DNA of 64,000 nucleotides, taken from assembly GCA_963555995.3 (NCBI GenBank), contig OY821641.1:2208001-2272000 (forward strand), in the 5' to 3' direction. Origin of the DNA: Vicinamibacteria bacterium. Its GTDB lineage: Bacteria; Acidobacteriota; Vicinamibacteria; Marinacidobacterales; Marinacidobacteraceae. Position 1 is the stretch's first letter, and each line of letters opens with the position of its first letter. Below the pieces are notes generated by a model. That model saw nothing but the letters and a program-made list of their open reading frames with translations, made no database searches and was not told where the DNA came from. Of this stretch, positions 45,238-54,078 are shown piece after piece. A program made the position numbers and the translations under genes.

Positions 45238-46673
45238 GCGCCTTCCGCGAACGCGCCGAGGCGCTCCGCCGCCTCGGCGAGGCCCTCGAACCGGACGCCG
45301 AGGAGCGGCGCCGCCTCAACGAGGCCACCATCCGCCACACCGAGGAGTTCCTCGAAGCGCTCCCCACCGGCCCGTCCTGGTACCCGCCGCGCACCGCGTC
45401 GGAACTCACCGACCTGCCCATCGGGGCGGAAGGCCGTCCGTTCCCGGAGCTCCTGGACCTCGTGCGCCGGGAGGTCGAGCGCGAGGGCCTGAACCCCGCC
45501 TCCCCCCGCGACCTCGGCTACGTCCCCGGCGGCGGACTGTTCGTGTCCGCGCTCGGCGACTACATCGCCGCCGTCAACAACGCGTTCTCCGGCTACTTCC
45601 CGGCCTCCCCCGGCGCGGCCCGGCTGGAGAACCGGCTGGTCGCGTGGATTGCCGAGATCGTGGGCTACCCCGAGGGCGCGGGCGGGACCCTGACCTCGGG
45701 GGGCAGCGTCGCCGCGCTGACCGCGATCGTCGCCGCCCGCGAGGCGCGGGGCCTCCGCTCCCGCGACTTCCCGCGCGCGGTGGTCTATGCGACGAGCCAG
45801 GAGCACTACTCGGTCCGCAAGGCAGTGCACCTCGCCGGGGTCGGCGAAGCGCCCTGCCGGATCGTCGCCATGGACGACGCCTACCGCATGGCGCCGGAGT
45901 CGCTCGCTGCCCACGTCCGGAAGGACCGCGCGGAGGGCCTGCTGCCGTGGCTCGTGGTCAGCACCGCCGGGACCACGAACACCGGCGCCGTGGACCCGCT
46001 CGACGCGATCTCCGCAATCGCCCGCGCCGAGGGCCTCTGGCACCACGTGGACGGCGCCTACGGCGGCTTCTACGTGCTCGTCCCGGCCCGGCGCGAGGTG
46101 CTGCGCGGCATCGAGGCGTCCGACTCCGTGGTGCTCGACCCGCACAAGAGCCTCTTCCTCCCTTACGGCAGCGGCGCGGTGGTGGTCCGCGACGCCACCC
46201 ACCTCGAGACCTTCCGCTTCGGAGCGCCCTACCTCGTGGACGCGCCCCAGCAGGAGCCGTCCCCCTCGGAGCGGTCCGTCGAGCTCACCCGCCACTTCCG
46301 CGGGATGCGTCTCTTCCTCCCGCTGCTCCTCCACGGCACCGGACCCTTCGCGGCGGCCCTCGAGGAGAAGTGGTGGCTCGCCCGCTACCTCCAGGACGAA
46401 CTGCGCCGCTGGGAAGACATCGAGGTCGGCCCGGAGCCCGAACTCTCCACGATGTGCTTCCGCTACCGCCCCCCCGGCCGCACCGACGAGGAAACCGACG
46501 CCCTCAACCGCCGCATCATCCAGACCCTCCACGCCGACGGTCGCATCTTCGTCAGCGCCACCTACCTGAACGACCGCTACTGGATCCGCCCCTCCCCCGG
46601 CATCTTCCGCACCCACGCGGAGCACATGGACGAGTTCCTCGAGATCCTCAAGGACCTCATCGCCGCCCTGTAG
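45234..46673 (+). CDS. Group II pyridoxal-dependent amino-acid decarboxylase
   Basis: ATGA overlap; GTLTSGGS, HYSVRKA, TAGTTNTGAVD, HVDGAYGG, DPHK (PLP lysine). Confidence 0.92.
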   Translation: MSAFRERAEALRRLGEALEPDAEERRRLNEATIRHTEEFLEALPTGPSWYPPRTASELTDLPIGAEGRPFPELLDLVRREVEREGLNPASPRDLGYVPGGGLFVSALGDYIAAVNNAFSGYFPASPGAARLENRLVAWIAEIVGYPEGAGGTLTSGGSVAALTAIVAAREARGLRSRDFPRAVVYATSQEHYSVRKAVHLAGVGEAPCRIVAMDDAYRMAPESLAAHVRKDRAEGLLPWLVVSTAGTTNTGAVDPLDAISAIARAEGLWHHVDGAYGGFYVLVPARREVLRGIEASDSVVLDPHKSLFLPYGSGAVVVRDATHLETFRFGAPYLVDAPQQEPSPSERSVELTRHFRGMRLFLPLLLHGTGPFAAALEEKWWLARYLQDELRRWEDIEVGPEPELSTMCFRYRPPGRTDEETDALNRRIIQTLHADGRIFVSATYLNDRYWIRPSPGIFRTHAEHMDEFLEILKDLIAAL

Positions 46674-46680
46674 GTAGGGG

Positions 46681-46874
46681 GATCGCCGGTCTTCAGACCG
46701 GCACCCGCTGCGCGGCAGCGCAGCGGAAGCGCGTAGGACAAGCCGTCCCCATGGCGCCTCCGGCTTGGAACGCCGACTTCCAGTCGGCACGCGGGCCGCA
46801 GGCCCGCAAAGCGCGTACGGCTGCACGTTCGGGTGACACCCACGGCTCGGAGCGCCGGCCTCCGGCCGGCATCG
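46681..46874. repeat. Cluster of three REP-like hairpins
   Basis: GCCGGTCT-tc-AGACCGGC (46685), GCCGAC-ttcca-GTCGGC (46772), GGAGC-GCCGGC-ctccg-GCCGGC (46849). Confidence 0.8.
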
Positions 46875-47070
46875 CGCGGAAGCGCGAAACCGGCGCCGAT
46901 GGCGAGGTAGCCATGCCGACGTCCATGCCGCGCCCCATGGACGATCCGACTATCAAGGACAGGCGCGGTTTCGGCGCGGTCCGTCAACGCGAAACAGATC
47001 AGCGAGAACCGGTGCCCAGCCCGCCATCTGCCGCCGGCTCGGGGACTACCGCCTGCGGTAGGCTCCGGCA

Positions 47071-47448
47071 ATGGCCCAGGCGGCGGAACGGGACAACCCG
47101 CATCGCGTGGAGACCGGCCCCGCGACCGACGCACTGATCGCGGAGATGGTCGAGATCCTCGTCAGGGAGGCCGACCCGGAGCAGGTCATCCTTTTCGGGT
47201 CGCGCGGCCGAGGAGACGCCCGGAGCGACTCGGACGTGGACCTGATCGTGGTGGAGGCGGAACCTTTCGGCCCGGGCCGAGACCGCGTGAAGGAGATGGC
47301 CCGGCTCTACCGGGCGCTTGGCGGATTCGCGGTGCCGACGGACATCCTTGTGTACTCGACAGCAGACGTGGAGTACTGGCGGGACTCCCTGAACCACGTA
47401 CTGGCGCGAGCGCTCCGCGACGGGAAAATCGTCTATGAGCGACCTTAA
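47071..47448 (+). CDS. Minimal nucleotidyltransferase (MNT) antitoxin
   Basis: ILFGSRGRG..SDVDLIV, PTDILV. Confidence 0.9.
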   Translation: MAQAAERDNPHRVETGPATDALIAEMVEILVREADPEQVILFGSRGRGDARSDSDVDLIVVEAEPFGPGRDRVKEMARLYRALGGFAVPTDILVYSTADVEYWRDSLNHVLARALRDGKIVYERP

Positions 47449-47818
47449 GTGCGCCGAAGCGATGCTGGAAGCGGCCGAGCGCGACCTCCTGACCCTTCGC
47501 AGCATGAGCGACGAAGCGCCGGAGGAATCCTTCGGTTTTCATCTTCAGCAGGCTACGGAGAAGGGCCTGAAGGCCTGGATCGCGGCCCGTGGCGAGCAGT
47601 ATCCGATGACGCACAGTGTCGAGAACCTTCTGCGCCTTCTTCGGAGGTCTTCCGTCAATACGGAGCCTTTCGAGGAACTGGATCAATTCACCCCATACGC
47701 GGTGACGTTTCGATATGAAGGGATCGGGCCCGAAGCCGAACCGATCGACCGCAGGGCGATGATGGCGCTGGTCGAGACGCTGCTGGAACGAGTGCGCGCG
47801 GAAATCCACGGCCGATAG
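47435..47818 (+). CDS. HEPN domain protein
   Basis: AERDL, FHLQQATEKGLKA, YPMTHSV, YAVTFRY; overlaps the MNT gene. Confidence 0.9.
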   Translation: MSDLKCAEAMLEAAERDLLTLRSMSDEAPEESFGFHLQQATEKGLKAWIAARGEQYPMTHSVENLLRLLRRSSVNTEPFEELDQFTPYAVTFRYEGIGPEAEPIDRRAMMALVETLLERVRAEIHGR

Positions 47819-47890
47819 TTATTCGGCCGCGGTCTCCGGCTGCCGGACATCTTGAAGGCCCTCATCACAGCCCTGTCTGCACGGGAGGAC

Positions 47891-47990
47891 CTCGGAGCGC
47901 CGGCCTCCGGCCGGCATCGTCGACCGTAGGAAGGCGAAACGCGCGTCGCCACCAACCGACATGGCGTGATCCAAACCGGGAACGGCAGAG
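47891..47990 (+). repeat. REP-headed ~100-bp element
   Basis: Homologous to the reverse complement of 51820-51920; first 29 bp identical to 46846-46874. Confidence 0.75.
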
Positions 47991-48043
47991 CCATAACCGA
48001 CCCCCCGTTGATGCTCCCACCCACAATTGTCGGAGGAATCGCC

Positions 48044-48292
48044 ATGAAGGAACATGACCGTTATGAGCGCCTCGGCTTCTTCGAGTTCCGGCCCCTGCTG
48101 GCGGAAATCGTCGCGGAGCAGTCGCTCTCCGGAGACGAGACCTGCCTGCGCGAAACGCTGTCCGACCTCGGAGTGATCTGGCGTACCCCGGCGGGCTGGG
48201 AAATGGGCATCCCGAGCTTCGCCGACTACGTGCTCGGTCGGTACGCAGCCGAGACGAGTGGACCAACGACCACCGCCGAACGCGGTAGCTAA
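48044..48292 (+). pseudogene. Probable remnant (C-terminal fragment) of an ATP-binding/wHTH protein
   Basis: GGAGG RBS; 82 aa ending LSDLGVIW..WEMGIPSFADYVL, which I recall as the C-terminus of larger AAA ATPases; no Walker motifs. Confidence 0.45.
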
Positions 48293-49320
48293 CGGCGCGT
48301 CTTCAGACGCGCGATGAAGTCGGCCTGGCTGGTGGCGGCGTCCGCGGCCTCCGCGACGGCATCGGTGGGCGCTCCTTCCAGCGCCTCGCGGTCCGGCCGC
48401 GGCAGGTCCGCCGGGAAGCGGGGGGAGAGCGGGACACCCCGGCGGCGCAGGATGGCGGTCGCCATGGCGACGATCCCTTCGGCCCGGCCCGCCTCCCGTT
48501 GCTGGCGGCCGAAACGGCCGAGCATCGGATCGTCGTCCGGACGCGTGCCCTCCCGCCGGCCGAGTTCCCGCCCCACCCGTTCGAGCACCAGGTCCGTCTC
48601 GAAGGACAGCACCGGCTCGTTCAGGGCCAGGTGGATCTCGTCGGCCGTCCAGCCGGGAAACGCGCGGCTCACCTCCGACGGGAAGTAGCCGCCGTCCCCG
48701 AGCACATGAATGGTCAGGCCCGGCAGCCGGCTCCTCCGCGCGCTCCGGGAGCGCCGGTTCGGCACCTCGACCCACACCTCCGGGAATCCCGCCCGCTCGT
48801 AGAGCCGCAGCCGGTTCCCGCCGACGTCCGTCGTGTTGTCCACTTCGAGAACCACGTCGGGGAACCGGCTGGCGCCCACCACCATCTCCCCGGAATCCAG
48901 CAGCGCCTGCCGCTCGGGGTGGAGATAGACCACCTGGTCGGCCTGGATGAAACCCAACAGCTCGCCGTCCGGCGTCTTGAACCGGAGGTCGGTCGCCCCC
49001 AGGCAGTCAATCGGCGACCCCCGGAACATGGCGACGCGTTCGAGAATCCGGGGCAGGGCGGCGACCTCGCCCTCGTGGAACGGCGTCGCGCCTTCGCGCG
49101 CCACCCACGCCCGCTCGCTGGCGGCGTGCCAGTACTCGACCCGGCGCCCTTCCCACGCCGGACCCTCGATCTCGGCGCGGCTGACCGGGACCGGGTCGCA
49201 GCCGGCGAACTCCAGTTCCTCCGGCTCAAGCCACCCGCCTCCCGGCGCACCGGCGCGCCCTCGCCGGGAACGCTCCGTCTGGGGGGCGACCGTCGCGACC
49301 GACTCCGCAAGTCGCTGCAT
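48289..49320 (-). CDS. Uma2-like PD-(D/E)xK endonuclease-family protein
   Basis: QADQVVYLHP, PDVVLEVDNTT, LYERAGFPEVWVEVP, SRAFPGW; helical C-terminal tail. Confidence 0.75.
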   Translation of the reverse strand: MQRLAESVATVAPQTERSRRGRAGAPGGGWLEPEELEFAGCDPVPVSRAEIEGPAWEGRRVEYWHAASERAWVAREGATPFHEGEVAALPRILERVAMFRGSPIDCLGATDLRFKTPDGELLGFIQADQVVYLHPERQALLDSGEMVVGASRFPDVVLEVDNTTDVGGNRLRLYERAGFPEVWVEVPNRRSRSARRSRLPGLTIHVLGDGGYFPSEVSRAFPGWTADEIHLALNEPVLSFETDLVLERVGRELGRREGTRPDDDPMLGRFGRQQREAGRAEGIVAMATAILRRRGVPLSPRFPADLPRPDREALEGAPTDAVAEAADAATSQADFIARLKTRR

Positions 49321-49636
49321 CCGCGACAGTCTATTCCGGGCCGATCCTCACCGCCGCTCGGCCTACGGCCAGAGCGTGCCGCCCGCGAGTTCGCTTGTGA
49401 AGCGCAGCGCCGGCCAGACCCAGACCTCGATTTGGTCTTCGGTCGTCAATTTACGCCGCAATTTGACGGCGACATGGACAACTCTGGAGAAGCGAGGTCG
49501 GCCCGCTTGCGACCGGGAAACACCGTTGAGCTTGACAACTGGAGCGCCGGCCGGCACTCCAGGCCAGCGGCGCCCTGACGGCCGTTGGCGGAACCGCATT
49601 TTCACAGCGACCCGCCGGTGCGCCGCAGGGTTCGTC

Positions 49637-50935
49637 CTAAGGGCTCTTGACGACCTCGCCGCCCTTCATGACGAACTTCACGTCCTCCAGCAGCCGGATG
49701 TCGTCGAGGGGGTTCCCCGCCACCGCGATGATGTCGGCGAGCTTGCCGTCCTCGATGGAGCCGAGGTCCGCCTCCCAGCCGAGCAGCTCGGCGCCGTTGA
49801 TGGTGGCGGTCTGGATCGCCGCCATCGGCGAGATGTCCATCTCGTCCACCATGATGGCGAAGTCCTTCGCGTTCCGGCCGTGGGGGAAGACCGCGGCGTC
49901 GGTGCCGTAGGCGAACTTCACCCCGGCGTGGAAGGCGGCGGCGAGCCGCTCGCGCTGCATCGTCGCGATCTCCTTCGCCTTGGCGATGGAGTGTTCGGGA
50001 ACCCCGTTCTCGGCACCCTCCTCGATGATGAAGTCGAGGGTGTAGATGGTGGGAACGATGAAAGTGCCGTGCTCCTTCGCGAGCCGGATGCCCTCGTCGT
50101 CAATCAGGGTGCCGTGCTCGATGCTGGCCACCCCGGCGCGGATGGCGTCGTTCATGGCCGCCGGGGAGTGGGCATGCGCCCCCACCGGGGTATCGAGCAT
50201 GTTGGCGGTGTCCACGATCGCCTTCAGTTCCTCGAAGGAGTACGCCTGGTCATAGACCGAATCGCCGTGGGAGAGCACGCCGCCCGAGGCGGTCACCTTG
50301 ATGACGTCCGCCCCGTACTTGACCTGGAAGCGCACCGCGCGGCGCAGCTCGTCCACCCCGTCGGCGATCATCGCGTAGCCGGGGGTCGGGACGTCCGGGT
50401 TCCAGCCGTTGATGTCCGCGTGGCCGCCCGTGGAGCCCACCCCCCAGGTGGCCGCCTGGATGCGCGGCCCGGGGACGATGCCCCGGTCCACCATGTCGCG
50501 GAGCGCGGCGTCGTGGTAGTTCCCCGCCCCGATGTTGCGGACGCTGGTGAAGCCCTTCTCGAGCGTGATCTTCGCGTGCGCCACCGCGTAGATCGCCTCG
50601 TGGGCGACGGTCTCCCGCATCTTCTGGGTGTCCCCGCCGTCGCCCGGGATGCCGCCGAGATGGACGTGGCAGTCGAAGAGTCCGGGCAGGATGGTGAGGC
50701 CGCTCAGGTCAATCACCGTGGCGCCGCGCGGAACGGGAATGGCGCCCGTCGGGCCGACCGCCATGATCCGCTCGCCTTCGATGACCACCTCGGGGTTCAG
50801 GACCGGGGGCGCGTCGGTGCCGATGATGAGGCGGTCGGCGCGGATCACGACGGGCGTTCCGCCGTCCTGGGCGGCGGCCGGGAGCGCCGGGAGAACGGCG
50901 CAAGCGAGCATGGCGAGGCAGGGCATGAAACGCAT
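49637..50935 (-). CDS. Exported metal-dependent amidohydrolase (Xaa-Pro dipeptidase-like)
   Basis: Signal peptide, PGLFDCHVH, GADVIK, AHAH, SIEHG, GTDA, GKLADII. Confidence 0.92.
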   Translation of the reverse strand: MRFMPCLAMLACAVLPALPAAAQDGGTPVVIRADRLIIGTDAPPVLNPEVVIEGERIMAVGPTGAIPVPRGATVIDLSGLTILPGLFDCHVHLGGIPGDGGDTQKMRETVAHEAIYAVAHAKITLEKGFTSVRNIGAGNYHDAALRDMVDRGIVPGPRIQAATWGVGSTGGHADINGWNPDVPTPGYAMIADGVDELRRAVRFQVKYGADVIKVTASGGVLSHGDSVYDQAYSFEELKAIVDTANMLDTPVGAHAHSPAAMNDAIRAGVASIEHGTLIDDEGIRLAKEHGTFIVPTIYTLDFIIEEGAENGVPEHSIAKAKEIATMQRERLAAAFHAGVKFAYGTDAAVFPHGRNAKDFAIMVDEMDISPMAAIQTATINGAELLGWEADLGSIEDGKLADIIAVAGNPLDDIRLLEDVKFVMKGGEVVKSP

Positions 50936-51100
50936 CGGGATTCCTCCGGGAGAAGCGCGCGATCGTACCCGGAATTGGGGGTGCGCCGGAGGCCGTCAGC
51001 GCGATCCGGGAATGGAAGCAGGTGCGGAATTCACGACGGCATGGCGCCACGGCGCCAGCGCTTGATTCGCTGCGACAGTGCGGTCCCGCCGGTTCGCGTC

Positions 51101-51920
51101 GGAGCGCCAGCCTCCGGCTGGCGGCCAATTGCTGTGAAAGTGCCAGTCGTGCGGGGTTGGCCAACAGCGGTGATGGCGCCGCCGGCCGGGAACGCCGGCT
51201 TCAGCCGGCACAGCCCGCCGAAGGCGGGCGGCGGGAAGGACCTCACCCGCCCCGATGGCCCGAAGGCGGGGAACGCCGGACACCAGTTCTTCGATGGCGC
51301 CTCGCTGGACCACGCGCCACGCGGCCAACAGCGGTACGTCGTTCCGCTGCGCTTCGCGCAGCGGGTGCCGGCTGAAGCCGGCGTTCCAAGCCGTTCCGCC
51401 GTTTTTCATGACCGGCGGGGTGCGCGGGAGGACAGGCGCATGGCGGTTTCTCCCGGTGGGGGCCGCGCGGGAGCGCGAAACCCTCATGATCGGTCCTCCT
51501 GCACACCCCGTTGGGCATGAAAACAGCGAAGACGGCTGGGAGCGCCGCTCTTCAGAGCGGCACAGCGGGCCGCAGGTCCGCGGATGTCGTGTCGCTGGTT
51601 GCGGCGATGAACCGAGAGCAGAGCGCCACCGCGCCGGACCGCGTCGCGCCGGGCGCTGCGCTGTCGCGCAGCGCGTGCCGGTCTGAAGACCGGCGCTCCC
51701 AGGCGGCGGCGCCGCCCACGCTGGTTGACCCTTCGCCCAGACTGCACTTTCACAGCAAACCCGCGCTGAGGGCGCTCCTCCCCGCGAATGCGGTCCAGGT
51801 TCAGCTCTGTTCGGGCGGCGCCCTGCCGTTCGCGGTTGGGATCACGCCATGCCGGTCGGTGGCGGTGCGTGTTTCGCTCCCCTGCGGGGAGCGATGTCGG
51901 CCGGAGGCCGGCGCTCCGAG
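51101..51920. repeat. Large REP mosaic with two REPIN-like units
   Basis: Hairpins at 51101, 51189, 51365, 51539, 51675 and 51893; inverted pairs 51189-51387 and 51539-51699 are separated by inverted TTTTCATG/CATGAAAA flanks. Confidence 0.8.
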
Positions 51921-51931
51921 CCGCTCGGCCC

Positions 51932-53146
51932 TTACTCAGCCTCGACGAGCGCCGCGACCTGCTCGGCGATGGCGAGGGAGGCGGTGGCCGCCGGGGAGGG
52001 GGCGTTCAGGACGTGGATGCGGTTCTCGCGGCGGACGATGCGGAAGTCGTCGGCGATCCGGCCGTCCGGCAGGACCGCGATGGCCCGGACCCCGGAGAGG
52101 GACGGGACGAGGTCCGCGGCCCGCAGTTCGGGGACCAGCCGCTGCAGCCGCCGGGTGAAGGCGCGCTTCGAGAGCGAGCGGTGGATCTCGTCCACCCCGA
52201 CCCGCCATTCCCGGAGCGCGAGCCGGCGGAACCCGGAGTAGCCGACCATCTCCCGGAGGTCGCGGAAGTCCGCGTCCCGGCGGCGGTATCCCTCGCGGGC
52301 GAGGGCGAGCACCGCGTTCGGGCCGGCGTCCACGTCGCCGTCGGCGTTGCGGTGGAGGTGCACGCCGAGGAACGGGAAGCGCGGGTCCGGGGTCGGGTAG
52401 ATCAGGCCGCGCACCAGCCCCGCGCGTTCGGGGCGCACCCGGAAGTACTCGCCCCGGAACGGCAGGATCCGGAGTTCCGGCGCGTCCCCCGCCAGCCGCG
52501 CCACCCGGTCCGCGTGGAGTCCGGCGCAGGTGACGAGCCTCCGGCAGGCGAAGTCCCCTTTCGTCGTGCGGACCCGCAACCCGCCGTCGGCGCGGACGAA
52601 ACCGAGGACGCGGGCGCCGGTCTCCACCCGGCCTCCCCCGGCCTCGAAGAGACGCCGGAGCGCCGCCGCCACCTCGGCGAAACGCACCACCCCCGAAGTC
52701 GGGGAATGGATCGCCGCCACGCCCTCGGCGTGCGGCTCGATCTCGCGAAGCCCCGCCCGGTCGAGCATCCGGAGGCCGGGGACGCCGTTCGCTTCGCCGC
52801 GGCGCAGCAGCTCGCCGAGGCGACCCCGCTCGGCCTCGTTGGCGGCGACGATCACCTTCCCCGAGAGCGAGAACGGAATCCCCTCCTCCCGGCAGAACGC
52901 CAGCAGCAGCTCCACCCCGCGCCGGCAGTTCCGCGCCCGGAGCGAACCGGGCGCGTAGTAGATCCCGGAGTGGATGACGCCGCTGTTCCGCCCGGTCTGG
53001 TGCCGGGCGATGTCCGGCTCCTTCTCGAGGACCAGGACCGACCACGCCGGATGGACCTCCCGGAGGCGGCGGGCGACCGCGAGCCCGACGATCCCCCCGC
53101 CCACCACCGCGATGTCGAAACGCTCCGCGCCCCTTGCCGTCTTCAT
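51932..53146 (-). CDS. lhgO: L-2-hydroxyglutarate oxidase
   Basis: VGGGIVG, HQTGRNSGVIHSGIYY, PFRGEY, IYPTPDPRFPFLGVH, NAPSPAATAS. Confidence 0.92.
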   Translation of the reverse strand: MKTARGAERFDIAVVGGGIVGLAVARRLREVHPAWSVLVLEKEPDIARHQTGRNSGVIHSGIYYAPGSLRARNCRRGVELLLAFCREEGIPFSLSGKVIVAANEAERGRLGELLRRGEANGVPGLRMLDRAGLREIEPHAEGVAAIHSPTSGVVRFAEVAAALRRLFEAGGGRVETGARVLGFVRADGGLRVRTTKGDFACRRLVTCAGLHADRVARLAGDAPELRILPFRGEYFRVRPERAGLVRGLIYPTPDPRFPFLGVHLHRNADGDVDAGPNAVLALAREGYRRRDADFRDLREMVGYSGFRRLALREWRVGVDEIHRSLSKRAFTRRLQRLVPELRAADLVPSLSGVRAIAVLPDGRIADDFRIVRRENRIHVLNAPSPAATASLAIAEQVAALVEAE

Positions 53147-53301
53147 GAGCCCGCCGCGCCCATCGTGTCACAGCGGGGATGGCACGGATCTTCCATTGCG
53201 CCGGGAAATCAGGATCGGCAGGAGACCCCGAACCCGGAACACATGCCTTGCAGACATCACCACCAACTCCTGAATCCAGGCGGACGTCTCCAACGGGACG
53301 C

Positions 53302-53988
53302 GTGCGCCGCATCCCCTTCCTGCTGACGCTTCTCCTCCTGGTCGGCGGCACTCTCGGCGGCGGCTCCGCAGCCGCCGCCGAGCCGTCCGGGCCGCTGGCC
53401 ACCTGGCTCGGCGTCCCGCCCGGCTTCCGGACGGAACCGCTGCGGGTGCAGTTCCACGACCCGTACGGCCTGCTGCCCCGGAAGACGCGCGAGCGGCTGC
53501 AGCAGGAAGTCGTCCGCGCCTTCGAGAGCAGCGGGATCGCCCTGCGCGTCGTCGGCCACGGCGGCGCCGCGGTCATCCCGGCCACCCTCTACCCCGAGTT
53601 CCCGAAGAAATGGGACATCCCCTTCCGGGCGATCGGGGTGGCCATCGGGTCCGGGCGGGAGCAGCGGCCGGTTTTCCTGTCGCTGGGAGCGGCGGAGCGG
53701 GCGCTCGGCTTCCGCCACAACCGGCGGCTGACGTGGAACGACAGACAGCGGCGCTTCCGGCGCCGTCCCGCGAGCCGGCATTCGCCGCGGCTCGGCACCG
53801 CCCTCGGCCGGGTGCTCGCCCACGAGATCACCCACTCGATCGCCCCCGACTGTCCCCACACCGCGACCGGGCTCATGGCCGCCCGGCTGAGCCGCCGGAT
53901 GCTGACCGCCCCCGGCGTCGGGTTCGACGCCCTGGCGATCCGCCACCTCCGCCGCAGCGCGGCCAACCTGGGGCTGGGCGCCCCGTAA
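53302..53988 (+). CDS. Exported HExxH zinc-metallopeptidase-like protein
   Basis: GTG 53302 gives a signal peptide; LGRVLAHEITH...HTATGLM (zincin motif with Met-turn). Confidence 0.7.
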   Translation: MRRIPFLLTLLLLVGGTLGGGSAAAAEPSGPLATWLGVPPGFRTEPLRVQFHDPYGLLPRKTRERLQQEVVRAFESSGIALRVVGHGGAAVIPATLYPEFPKKWDIPFRAIGVAIGSGREQRPVFLSLGAAERALGFRHNRRLTWNDRQRRFRRRPASRHSPRLGTALGRVLAHEITHSIAPDCPHTATGLMAARLSRRMLTAPGVGFDALAIRHLRRSAANLGLGAP

Positions 53989-54078
53989 GTCACGCCAGGG
54001 GAGCCCCCTCGGGCGGCGATCCATCCCGGCGCCCGGGAGCGCCGCGAGCCCCCCGCCGGACCCGGTTACAGTTCGCCT

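Noticed and set aside
42312-46673. 1453-aa ORF suggesting a giant fusion protein
   Set aside because: Only the part from ATG 45234 is a real decarboxylase; the rest is an Arg/Gly/Pro-rich shadow frame over two SSS genes.
46681-49578. Integron cassette array
   Set aside because: No intI and no recognisable attC RYYYAAC/GTTRRRY ends.
48947-52158. ORFs spanning the REP mosaic (857, 215, 163 and 143 aa)
   Set aside because: They are translations of repeats (RLKPAF, RSEDRRS) or antisense shadows with no protein motifs.
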